Positions 1 through 10,365 of a stretch of 64,000 bases of DNA are shown here, piece by piece (the stretch's first letter is position 1; each line of letters begins with the position of its first letter). The stretch covers positions 124,001-188,000 of the forward strand of contig JAIVFI010000027.1 in the NCBI GenBank assembly GCA_025558095.1, read 5' to 3'. Below the pieces are notes generated by a model. It was not told the DNA's origin and ran no database searches. It worked only from the letters and a program-made list of their open reading frames with translations. Origin of the DNA: Hyaloraphidium curvatum SAG 235-1. Its lineage: Eukaryota > Fungi > Monoblepharomycota. A program made the translations under genes and the position numbers.

Positions 1-273
1 ACCTCGTCCTGTTTCAGCAACGTACGCAGACTGGGGATCCGGGGAACATTTCAGTTGCCAGTGAGCTGTATGCCATACATCTATTGGAACTCTCCGCGCT
101 GGGCTCATGGAGAGAGTGAGGACCCAGGAACGGAACGCCGCCCGCAACGAGGCGCAGCAGCAGCCTCTCCGACGGAGGTCCCCCGAGCCCTCCCACCTCC
201 GCCCGGCAGTGGCCACGCGGGCGGTCTGCTCCACCCGCCTGCGCACCTTCCGTTGGCCTATCTCCGACCCGCG

Positions 274-1783
274 ATGGCCTTCCGCGTGGCGGCGCTGGCC
301 CTCGCCGCCGCGATCCTGCTCGCCGCGCCGGTCTCGGCCACCGTCCCGTGCGGCGACCTCGCGCGGCTCCGCTCCTTCGCGCAGAAAGAAGTCTGGGCGC
401 TCCCGTACCTCAACCTGGCCAGCATCGCATACACCGACGAATCTACGGGCAGCGTCGCCAGCGCGGCTGCGGACATAAACACGACGGTGAACACTGTCCT
501 GCCCCAGCTGCCGTGCCCCTACGTCGCCACGAAGCCAAAGGTGCCCGGCCGGTGGTTTCTCGAATGGGGACCGGCCGTGTCGCGGGACAACGCCAACTTC
601 GTCTACGCGGTTTCCTACCGTCTGAACACCAACACGACGAACGTGCCGTTCAGCGCCAACTCTTCGGCCTTTCCGCCCGTCTTCCTCGCCTTTGCGATCC
701 GGGGCACCGATACCCTGACCAACGGTGGGTCTCGAAAGCGCCGGCCAGCAGTTGGTGTACTTACGGCAGCCCGTCTCCAGGCACCGCATTAGTCCTTCAA
801 CTCCTCGAGGACTTCCAGCCCTTCACCACCGTCGACTGGAGCTCCAACATTGCCTCCCGTGGTCCCCTGGCTATCCGCTGCCCCCTTCCGATCGGCGGCG
901 GCAACAACAGCAACAGCAACGTCTCGGCCCCTTTCCCGTCGCCCGCGGTGGCCTGGGGATCGTGCATCGGCCTCAAGTCCCTCATGGCGCTCACCTCCCG
1001 TCCCGCCTCCCTCGGGGGCGGGCCGGCGAACGCGCTGGGGTTCCTCAACGCCTTCGTGGCGCGGTGGGGCAGCTCTGTGCCCGTGTTGGTCACGGGACAC
1101 TCGCTCGGAGGGACCCAGACCACGATGCTGGCCATGTACCTCCAGGCCAGGGTGACGGGAGGGACGGCGGTGAAGGTCGGAGCTTTCCCTATTGCGCCGG
1201 CGACCGCTGGCAACAAACGTGGGTCATTCGAGGGACCAGAGCGTGCTCGATCTGACTCCATCGGCAGCCTTTGCCTCGCTCTTCACCTCGACCTTGGGCG
1301 CCAGGTCGCAGCTCTACATGAACACTCTCGGTGGGCCGATTGCCTCTACCATCCGCTGCAACATCATTGAACCAGCCTCCCTTGACAGACTTTGTTCCGC
1401 ACGGCTACCAATTCGTCCTCCCCACGCTGGGCCTCTGGTTCCTCTACGGCGGCCCCGCAACCCCCGCACCCCTCGTGCCCCTCACCCTCCTCGCCGCCGA
1501 CCTGATCAAGGATATCGGGTACACGCATCCGACGCCGCACAACTGGATGCGCGGGCGGTACGCGCCCGCCGCGAACCAGACCTACCCGGGCAGCCCGTGG
1601 GGCGCGCAGCTGGAGTGGCAACACTTCCCGCCCAACTACTACTCGATGATGTGTTATTACTTCAAGAAAGGGACGGGCAAGGTGCGGACGACGATGGCGG
1701 ATTACCCGCTCGGTGAGTTCCCGCAGCTTCCCACCGATCTCTGCACTCTCTCTGATCGGAACGCCGCCCGTCATCCGCAGTAA
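274..1783 (+). CDS. Secreted class 3 lipase (alpha/beta hydrolase), 3 introns
   Basis: Signal peptide MAFRVAALALAAAILLAAPVSA, the AIRGT motif, nucleophile elbow VTGHSLGG, then GNKPFA and D-F-V-P after splicing. Introns at about 725-780, 1219-1267 and 1331-1388 (GTGGG..CAG) join three ORF-track frames. Confidence 0.85.
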
Positions 1784-2038
1784 AAGGACCAGGGATGTCC
1801 CTCGCGGCGTACCCGAACTGCGCATCGGCGGTCAGCGTGTTCACCTCCCTCGACTCGCCGGGCGTCATCACCAGACCCGGTTAGGCACAAATGTGGCATG
1901 GGCGAGCATGGATTAGGTCCGACATATATATCTCTGTGTTCTTATTTTATGGCTTTGTCGGCCATCTCGCTTCAGATTCGGCGACCTGCTCCGAGATTCG
2001 GGGGGAAAGGAGGTGGCAAATAAACGTGAGCTCTGTCG

Positions 2039-3705
2039 ATGTCCTCCAACGCGCCCTCCCCGCTCCTCCCGCGTCCGGAGCCGCGCATCATCAATGTCGA
2101 CAGGACGATCGCGTCCAAGTCGGGCGCGCGCTTCCCCGTGAAGGGGTTCGTCGCGCCCGGCTTCGAGGCCGTCGGCACCGCGTTCGAGAAGAACTTTGCG
2201 GAGGACCGGGAGCTGGGCTCGTCGTGCTGCGTGTACCGTGCGTTCTGCGCTTGTCTTGTCGTCGCGGCTACTGACCCCGAACGCGTTCCGCAGACAGGGG
2301 ACGCGTGGTCGTCGACCTCGTCGGCGGTTGGCGCGACACGGCCCGAACTGTGCCTTACGACTTTGGCACAATCCACGTGGTCCACTCCTCGGGCAAGATC
2401 CTCGCCGCCATCGTCGCCGTGCAGAGCATCGGGCTCGGCGCTTTCGAGTACGACGACAGGATCGCGTACGTGTGGCCCGAGTTCGGGGTGGGCGGGAAGG
2501 AGAAGGTGACGGTCAAGGAGCTGCTCGAGCACTCGGCAGGTTGGTCCGCTCTTCGAGCGCGTCCTCGAGTCCTGCCGTTTATCGGTTTCCTCGTTCCAAG
2601 GCGTTGCCTATGTCGATCCTCCTTACCGCCCGTCTGCAGAGCTCACGCTCACCGAAAATCTGCCCAAACTCGCCGAGCTCATCGCCAAGCAGCCCCACAA
2701 CCATGGAGGAAAGACGACACGTGCCTATCATGCCATTACGAAGGACTGGTTTCTTGGAGAGTTAGTTTCCGCGCGCCCACTGCACCCTGTCACGGTCCTC
2801 ACCTTCCTTTCAGGGTCATTCGCCGCACGCGAGGCGCCTCCATCGGGCAGATCATGCTGCAGCTCGGGCACGAGCTCGGCACGCGCGCCTACTGCGGCCT
2901 CCCCCCCGCCGCCGACGCCTTCCGCTGCCCCGTGGTCGACTCGGACTTCCGCCGGACGGTCGACGCCGCGACGCCGGCCGACAACCCCGCTGCGAGGTCG
3001 CTCAACGACTCCCAGCCCATCCCGACGGAGCCCACGACGGTCCCGGGCGGGATCAACAGCAACAACCTATCCATCCTCCGCGGCGAGTCGGCCTCGGGGT
3101 TCTGCGTCACCAACGGGCACGGGCTGGCCACCTACGCCGCGGTGATGGCCAACGGAGGGTGGCTCAACGGGAAGCGCGTGGTCTCCCACGCGGCGTGGGA
3201 GCGCGCGTTCAGGTTCGAGGAGGAAAACAGGACGCAGCGCGACCTGCACGTCGGGCTGGTGCTCTCGGTCACGCACTCGGGGATGGTAAAGAGCAACCCG
3301 GGGACCAACTGGCCGCAGGTCATCATCGACTATTCGGACGTCAAGCGGCCGCGCATCAAGAAGTATCCGCCCGTGCCCAAGGAGAAGGAGTTCACGTGGT
3401 ACGGATGGGTAGGCAACCCGCTGTGGAGAAGTGCCGTGGATATCTGTCTGATGGGACCTCGCTCTCCAGTTCGGTCTCGGAGGCAGCCACATCCAGTGCA
3501 ACCCGGACTACAACGTCGCCGCAGGGTGAGCCATGCTGGACGTTCCTTTCTCTCGTGCTCCCATCGCTGAAACTCCATCAGCTACGCGCCTAATCTGCTC
3601 GAGCCGGGCATCAACGGCGACGAGCGCGGCCGATCCATCTGCGTCGCGATCGCCGAGAGCGTGCTGGTTATCGAGGCCGGGAGCGGGAAGGAGAGCAAGA
3701 TTTAG
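2039..3705 (+). CDS. Beta-lactamase/EstA-family serine hydrolase, multi-exon, ends SKI*
   Basis: GFVAPGFEAV..F..NF, VVDLVGG, SxxK motif (HSSGK), YVWPEFG..GKEKVTVKELLEHSAG, AYH, and YGWFGLGGS after splicing. The last exon reads ..GSGKESKI with TAG at 3703-3705. Confidence 0.85.
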
Positions 3706-4051
3706 TTGAGGCGTCCAGCACGCACGCCGACTTCTCGATGATCGACGCAATAAAGCCCCATTCCCGGGGAGAGAGAGACTTGTTTTCGAAGGTCGAGCTC
3801 CGTGTATACTCCCATTCTTCAGAGAGTTTAGCCGCAATCGGATGTGACGGAGCTGCCCTCGAAGGCATCTTTCTCTCGGCTCACCGGGCGGCCTAGAGGA
3901 CTACATCGCGGCCGAACTCCCGCTGTGCGCCTTTCAAGAAGCTCACGAAGCGTTGGCCGGCACTGCACGAAGCGCCCGCCCCTGTTCAGGGCGCCGCGGA
4001 CCCCGACACGTCGCCGACCCATTCCCGGAGCCTCGGGCCCCATAGGCCAGA

Positions 4052-5215
4052 ATGGCAACGGATCCCGCCCGGCCGTACTGCTCCGTGGACCTGTCGACGT
4101 TTTCCGTGGCGCAGCGGGAGGCGTTCGACATCCTGGCGTCGTGGAGGAAAGACGGCCTCGAGGGCGGCGCCGCCGTGGACGAGCTGTTCGGCGACAGGCC
4201 GCAGCAGGTCCGCAAGGAACTGCAGCGCGAGGCCGTCGAGTGGACCTCGGACACCACGCTGCACCGGTACCTGGCCGCGCGGAACTTCTCCCCCGAACCG
4301 GCGCTGTCCCTTCTGAAGGGTACCCTGAAGTGGAGGGCCACCACCATCTCGCGCACCCTCGTCCCGCCGGGCGCTCCTCATCTGGTCTGCGAAGCTTGCA
4401 CCGCGGACCCGCTCGCGCACTGTTTCATCTTGGTCGGGTGGGACTCTTCCCGACGACCGATTGCCTATGGTTCCCAGCCGAGGATGAAGCAGACGTCGCC
4501 CGAGGGCACCGTGTTTCATTGCATGAGGTTCTTGGAGCTGGCGTGGAACCACCCGGCTTCCAGCGGGCAGTTCACCTACGTCGTTGATTTCCGCGGGTTC
4601 GGGATCCGCGAGGCCACGCAGGCCCGCTTGGCGCTTACCTGGGCCTCTATGTTCGCCAACCACCTCCCCGAGCGGCTCGGATCGCTCGTCCTCGTCAACC
4701 CGCCTGGCGTGTTCGACATCTTCTACCGTGCCGGCAAGGCGCTGGCCGACTCGCGGACGCTGGACAAGATCAAGATCGTGCGCGGATCGACGCCCGCCGA
4801 GGCCGCGGCCAAGCTGGCCGAATTCGGGGTGGTGGAGCCCGGCACGGTATGGTGGCTCGAGCGCGCGTTCGGGTCGGATCCGTGGACCAAGGACAAGGAG
4901 AAGCTGCGCGCGGGCACGCTGCCGAGGCTCCCCGTCCTGACGGACGCGGATTGCGCCGAGCTCGGGCTCGTGGACCCGGAAGGGAAGCCGCTGGACTCGG
5001 AGGCGATCGCGGTGGCAGTGGCGGGCACGGACTCGGACAAGATCCGGCAGGGCGAGGGCGACGAGGACGCCACACTCGGGCGCTCGCGCACGCCGACGCT
5101 ACCTGCCAAGGAGAAGCTGGATACCCTGCGGGAGACGAGGGGAATCCACGATCTGGCGACTGCGAGGCGTCTGTACGAGATACAGATGGTCAAGAACGCG
5201 CCGTGGGTCGGTTGA
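4052..5215 (+). CDS. CRAL-TRIO (Sec14-like) lipid-binding protein
   Basis: Intronless 387-aa ORF: DTTLHRYLAARNF..A..LLKGTLKWR, GWDSSRRPIAY, YVVDFRGFG, NHLPERLGSLVLVNPP.VF, DSRTLDKIKIV. Confidence 0.88.
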   Translation: MATDPARPYCSVDLSTFSVAQREAFDILASWRKDGLEGGAAVDELFGDRPQQVRKELQREAVEWTSDTTLHRYLAARNFSPEPALSLLKGTLKWRATTISRTLVPPGAPHLVCEACTADPLAHCFILVGWDSSRRPIAYGSQPRMKQTSPEGTVFHCMRFLELAWNHPASSGQFTYVVDFRGFGIREATQARLALTWASMFANHLPERLGSLVLVNPPGVFDIFYRAGKALADSRTLDKIKIVRGSTPAEAAAKLAEFGVVEPGTVWWLERAFGSDPWTKDKEKLRAGTLPRLPVLTDADCAELGLVDPEGKPLDSEAIAVAVAGTDSDKIRQGEGDEDATLGRSRTPTLPAKEKLDTLRETRGIHDLATARRLYEIQMVKNAPWVG

Positions 5216-5721
5216 TTCTCTAGAATATTAGTGTATGCGACAGAGTCTACATGATGTTTCTATCAATAGTGCCATGGATTAGCCGAAAAGTCGTGGCTCT
5301 CTTCCACAAACAGCATGTCAATCAAGCTTCTTCAAGCCGATCAGCAAGTCTGGGAGCCCGCAGGCGGGAACGAGAAGGATGCCGCCGATGCGCAGGCGAC
5401 GAGGAGCAGCTTCCCCTGGCCCTGTGGAGAGATGTCCGATCAGCTCCGCCACTACGGGCTGGGCCGTCGACTCACGTTCATGCCGACGCAGCGGCCGTCG
5501 GTAGCGCGCAGCCGGTACAGGTTGGCCCCGGCCGGCGACGCCAGGACCCTGAAGCGCTGCATCGGCGGCCTCGTTGCCCTGCGGAAGGAACGCCGATCAG
5601 ATAGGCCAGTTGCCCGGCAAAACAGAAGGATCTGCCCACCAGTTCGGGGAGAGGTCCCGGCGGGCGCTGGCAGCCTGGCACGTCGCCGAGTAGAGGAAGG
5701 GTATCGCTGCAGCGGAACCCG

Positions 5722-7670
5722 TCAGCGACGGAGGCGCGCGGTCCCCAGGCACAAACACCCACAGCCCTTGACATCCACCGAAAGGCACGCCTGCGGCGCC
5801 GCCCGCGGACACCGCCGCAGGCTGACCAGGTCCCCCACGACGATCCTCCCCGCCGGCGCCCCGTTCTTGTACGCCCTCCACGGCGTCCCGCCCGACGCCC
5901 CGAGAGCGCACGCGCGCTCGGCCAGGGGGCAGGTGACCCGTCCAGAGGCGGGACCGGCGTTGGCGCGGGCGCGGGGGGGGACGGAGAGGACAAAGACGCC
6001 GGTGGCGGCGGGCCTGCAGGGGTGGGGCGTCGGCAATGAGATTCGGGTGCGGCGAGGGGGAACGCACCCTTTCGTAGTCGTCCGCGCGACCTTGCTCGTC
6101 GTCCGCCGCGCCCTGCTCGTCGTCCGGACGGCTTTCGAAGTCGTGACCTGCGGAGCGGATCCGGAATTAGGGCCGGATGGGGCTTCCCTGCGGGCGAGGA
6201 ACCTACCGCGAGGGCCAACCTCGTCGCGGTCGAGGTGATCGGCGCGGGAGTCTGGGTGGTCGTGCTCGTTGTCGCCGTTTCCGTGGCGGTCTTGGTGGGC
6301 GAGGAGGTGGTCAGGGTGGAGCTGGTAGCAGTCTGCGAGGTGCTCGACAGCGTCGAAGTGGTAGCAGTCTGCGAGGTGCTAGAGAGTGTCGAAGTGGTAG
6401 CAGTCTGCGAGGTGCTAGAGAGTGTCGAAGTGGTAGCAGTCTGCGAGGTGCTAGAGAGCGTCGAACTCGTTGCTGTCTGCGAGGTGCTCGACAGCGTCGA
6501 GCTCGTCGCCGTCTGCGACGTGCTAGACAGCGTTGAACTGGTAGCAGTCTGCGAGGTGCTCGAAAGCGTCGAACTGGTCACGGTCCCCGACGTGCTAGAC
6601 AGGGTGGAGGTCGTCGCCGTCAGCGAGGTGCTCGTCTGGGTCTCCGACGTCGTTGCCGTTAGCGAGCTGGTGGTCGGCGTCTCCGAAGTAGTGGCCGTCA
6701 GAGAGCTGGAGGTGCGAGTTTGCGACGTCGTGGCCGTCAGCGAGCTCGTGGTCGGAGTCTGCGATGTCGTGGCCGTGAGGGAACTGGTGCTCGGCGTCTG
6801 CGACGTCGTGGCGGTCAGGCTCGACGAGGTCCGCGTCCGGGTGGTTGTCGTCGACGTCGTCTGGTCCAGCCAGTTTCCGGGAACGGTGAGCGTCGTGCAT
6901 TGGCAGTACGACGAGTCCGCGGCGCTGAACATGCTCGGGGTGTCGAGGGCGCAGGTGGCATCGTTGGACGGGGTCTTGTACGCCACGCACGCCCGGAAGA
7001 CGAGCGAGGTCGTGCTAGCGCGGTCGCAGGGAAGCGTGGTAAAGGCGGTGTTCAGCAGGACGGATCCGGTGCCGCTCTGGATGTCCCCGCACGCGTCCGA
7101 GTCGATGTCGTTTCCCGTTTGGCTCGGGGTGTAGCTGATTGCCGTGCACGTGGAGCCGAAATCGGCCTGAAAGGGATCTTGGCCCGAATTTGAGGGGACG
7201 AACCATAGTCCTGAGGTGCGGCAAGGGGTCAGCCCGGGCGAAGACGACCTCGGGCGGTCGGGTTTACCGATGTCATACGCGTCGGATCCGGTAGGTACGC
7301 CCAGCTGGACCCTGAACGAGCCGGCTGCGATGAACGTGAATGTGTGCAGGTTACCCGGACGGGCCGCGACTCACATGCGGTGCCCGAAGTGCTGGTGCAT
7401 TTCTTCGTGATGACGGGCGCACTGCTGGTCCACACCTGAAACAGAGGAAACATGGTCCCCGTGCAAGAAGCGACGGGCCCTGGTCGAGAAGATGCCCGAA
7501 GAAGAGCACGACAAGGGCCGTCAGCGCTCTTAAGGGCCACGGACGGCCGGCGACGGGGCCTCACCGAACGAAGTGCAGGGCTCGCCCGTGTTCTCCCCGG
7601 CGGACACCCCGAGCGCCAGCCCAAGCGTTAGCAGCAGAAAAGGGAGCAGTGATGCCCGCGGGCCGGCCAT
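5722..7670 (-). CDS. Secreted Cys-rich-domain protein with a long Ser/Thr mucin-like stalk (paralog A)
   Basis: ATG 7670 gives MAGPRASLLPFLLLTLGLALGVSAGENTGEPCTSF, then an intron. The domain DIDSDACGDIQ..RACVAYKTPS..YCQCTTLTVPGNW is followed by the S/T repeat stalk, an intron at about 6148-6205, and a basic Cys-containing C-terminal region ending GTARLRR* at 5722. Confidence 0.75.
6319..6830 (-). repeat. Coding tandem repeats: about 7 x 36 nt (TSSTLSSTSQTA) and about 6 x 39 nt (TSSLTATTSQTPT)
   Basis: The unit gtagcagtctgcgaggtgctagagagtgtcgaagtg is repeated exactly at 6361-6432 with degenerate neighbours. A second 39-nt unit family spans about 6610-6830. Confidence 0.9.
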
Positions 7671-8227
7671 CTTCCGTCCGAGCGGGGCACAGGTCGTGTT
7701 TTAACGCGGCTTCTGTCCGCGAGATCCGGCGGGTCCGGGCAGACGAAGGCCTGCGCGGTCGCGGGAGCTGAGACGCCTCTGCCGGGGGAAGGTCCGGCCG
7801 GTTCGCCGGGGCAGAGTCGACCCGGCTGCCGGCGGCGGCCTTGTTTGGCGTGCGAAGGGGGACGGCCGCCCAATCATGCGGCCCGAGCGGCAGCGCGGTT
7901 CCTCCCCACCGGCGGCCCCCGCGGCAACGGCTCGGCGGACGAGCGCGGGTTCTGCACTGCGGCGGGGCGCGGCGGCTCCGGTGGGCCGAGGATCCGGGGG
8001 AGTGACGGAAGGGTGGCCGGGTGACCGGGGAATAAAGCGGGTCCAGCTGCGCCCCATTCGACGAAGCAATGTCCAACACAGCGTTGCCAAAGCCTCGACG
8101 GGACGATTCGCGACAATGCGACACCGCGATGACATCCCTCGACGTCTACGGTCCATGCTCTGAAGAACCTCGCGTGCCGGGAGGTGGTTCTACTCGTATG
8201 CAGAACCAACTGCACATAAGATAAGCC

Positions 8228-8569
8228 TTAGTCCAAGGTGGAGCGCCTCAATCGCACTACACATGTAGCGCATGGCCCACCGCTTCGTCTGGCGAGAACG
8301 CGTCCAGGACCATCGTGAAGGTCCCGGTCCCCGCCCACGATCACCTCCCTGTACTGCTTCTTCCAGCGACTGCTGCGCGGCTTGCGGTTCAGGCAGTTGT
8401 CACACACGCACTGCGTCCGCGCCGCGAACAGCTCCGGGAAGCTGTCGCCCAGCCGCTTCAGGATCCAGCCGTCGTTGGTCAGCGCGCGGATCACGCCCGT
8501 CTCCTCGTTCAGGTCCGCGGTCCCCACGGGGAGGTCCAGTGTGTTGGGCACGTGCTCCACGGTGCTCAT
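8228..8569 (-). CDS. Possible small gene or gene remnant, divergent from the 7-TM gene
   Basis: Strongly GC3-biased codons on the minus strand (MSTVEHVPNTLDLPVGTADLNEETGVIRALTNDGWILKRLGDSFPELFAARTQCVCDNC..). No family recognised and the true start is unclear. Confidence 0.35.
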   Translation of the reverse strand: MSTVEHVPNTLDLPVGTADLNEETGVIRALTNDGWILKRLGDSFPELFAARTQCVCDNCLNRKPRSSRWKKQYREVIVGGDRDLHDGPGRVLARRSGGPCATCVVRLRRSTLD

Positions 8570-8747
8570 GGCGACCGAGGGGACCCGATCGCCGGGGAGG
8601 GCGAAGCACCGCGCGTCCGGGCCGCAGAGGAGTTCGTTCGGATCCTCCAGCAGCTTGCCCTGGGCCTTCGCCTTGCCGCAAAGCTTCAGACGGCCATCAC
8701 CGACTTTCCCCGGATCCGCACCGCCACCGACAGCTGTTTGCCGGACA

Positions 8748-10193
8748 ATGGCCTCCGAAGCGGAGCCGCCGGATGCTCGTCCGCCCGCGTTCTCGCCCGC
8801 GGAATGGGCGGCGCTGTTCCCCGCGCAGCCGTCGCCGCAGCCCGTCTTTGGCGCGCCCGTCCCGCCCGACCCCGCCGAGGAGCTGCGCGCGTCCGAGCCG
8901 CTTTCTTTCGCCGACCTGCGCGACGCGGCCAAGCTGTCGCTCTGGCTGCGCTGGGGACTGGCGCTGCATGCCGCGCTGGAGCCGATCCTCGCCCGCCGCG
9001 CACTCGCCCTGTTTGCCGTCGGCTTCTGCCCGATGTTGGCGTTTATTCCGACGGCCATCTTCAACGACGGGCGGTTCGGCTCGCGGCAGCTGGCGGTGGG
9101 CGCTGTGGCCCTCGCGTGCATGCTCTCCGTCTCGCTCCTGCTCCTCTGGCGGGGCCTCCTGGCCGCGGACCCCGCCGTCCGGACAAAAGGCCCGCAGGAC
9201 GGGCACCCGCTGGCCCAGCTCGCGCGCTGGACGCAGCTGGCGGGTCTCAAGGACGGATCGCGTCTGCTGCAGCACGATCCGGACGACGAGCTGTGCCCGT
9301 GCTCCCTTGCCTCGTGCGCCGGATCGGTGCCGGTCCGGGCGCGTTACGTGCGCTTGGCGTACAACGGATCCATCTTCGCCATCTCCTGCCTCCTCATCAG
9401 CTTCCTGAACGTCTACACGCCCGCCGTGACGTTCGCCGCGCGGACCTGGTCGACCCCATGGAGCGCCTTCCTTGTCGTCTTCCTCGTCGCGCTCCACTCC
9501 TCTGGCATTTTCCTGGACGTCGTGCCGTTCCTGCTGCCCCCGCCTCCGCTCTTCCAGCTTTCTCGCCGGCTGCGCGTGCGCGCCGTCTCGCTCGCCCTCA
9601 CGGAGCTGCTGGAGCGCCACCGCCGCGCGTTTGCCGAGGACGGCTCCGTCCTGGTCCCCCGTTGCCCCGGCACGGAACACTACCAGCTCCTGCACGCCCA
9701 CCTCGCCGCCGAATGGCAGCGCCGGATCCACGCGAGCCTCGGCATCGACGTCCTCTTCGCGTCCTACGCCAGCGTCATCCTCGCCATGGCCCTCGACGCC
9801 GCGGGGGGCGGTTGCATCCCGCTGCTGATGCTCGCCGTGTTTGCGCTGTGGAGCCTGGTCCTGCTGTACACCTTCTTCATCGCCGCGGGGGCCAACTCCG
9901 AGGTCGGCAGGGTGGCGCTGGCGTACGAGGCGGCGAGGGAGCAGCTTCTCGTCCTCGCCGCCGGCGCGCCCTCGGCTTCCGCGGTGCGGGCGTCGGCGGA
10001 GGGCCACGCGGCCGTGCTGGGCTCGTTCGCGGGCGCGAAGAGGCTGCGCGCCAGGCTTTTCGGGTTCGCGATCGATTACCCCGTCATTCGGACCGTTGTG
10101 GCGACATTCTTCACGGTCGCCGTGGCGCTTTGGGGTGTGATCAGGGGGCTTGGCGTGTTCTTCACGCCGGAGCTGGTGTGCCCGTGGCAGTGA
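8748..10193 (+). CDS. Seven-transmembrane protein resembling gustatory-receptor-like (7TMIC/GRL) channels
   Basis: Intronless, about 481 aa from MASEAEPP, with about 7 hydrophobic helices. TM6 ends AAGANSEVGRV and the terminal motif is RARLFGFAIDYPVIRTVVATFFTVAVALWG. Confidence 0.7.
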   Translation: MASEAEPPDARPPAFSPAEWAALFPAQPSPQPVFGAPVPPDPAEELRASEPLSFADLRDAAKLSLWLRWGLALHAALEPILARRALALFAVGFCPMLAFIPTAIFNDGRFGSRQLAVGAVALACMLSVSLLLLWRGLLAADPAVRTKGPQDGHPLAQLARWTQLAGLKDGSRLLQHDPDDELCPCSLASCAGSVPVRARYVRLAYNGSIFAISCLLISFLNVYTPAVTFAARTWSTPWSAFLVVFLVALHSSGIFLDVVPFLLPPPPLFQLSRRLRVRAVSLALTELLERHRRAFAEDGSVLVPRCPGTEHYQLLHAHLAAEWQRRIHASLGIDVLFASYASVILAMALDAAGGGCIPLLMLAVFALWSLVLLYTFFIAAGANSEVGRVALAYEAAREQLLVLAAGAPSASAVRASAEGHAAVLGSFAGAKRLRARLFGFAIDYPVIRTVVATFFTVAVALWGVIRGLGVFFTPELVCPWQ

Positions 10194-10365
10194 CGGTGTG
10201 TCCGTGTGGGAGGTAGCGAAAGATCTATGTCGCTCTATCACTCTTCAGCAATCCTACTCGAAGAAGAGTCTTATATCCATGCAACAGCTAGCTAAACAAG
10301 TGGTCGGTCATCGCATCCGTCTCAAGCGTTTCTGGTGTATCTCCCTGACAACGCTTCGCGCGGCG

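Noticed and set aside
5315-5604. Plus-strand coding-like fragment MSIKLLQADQQVWEP..
   Set aside because: It has only modest codon bias and no motif, and it runs into the antisense of the neighbouring gene.
6319-6830. Regular 36-nt repeats as a CRISPR array
   Set aside because: The units are head-to-tail with no unique spacers, lie in frame within a CDS, and have no cas genes nearby in this eukaryotic context.
6235-7134. Plus-strand Val/Glu-rich repeat ORF (VVAVCEVLESVE)
   Set aside because: It is the antisense shadow of the Ser/Thr stalk; the signal peptide, introns and paralogy support the minus strand.
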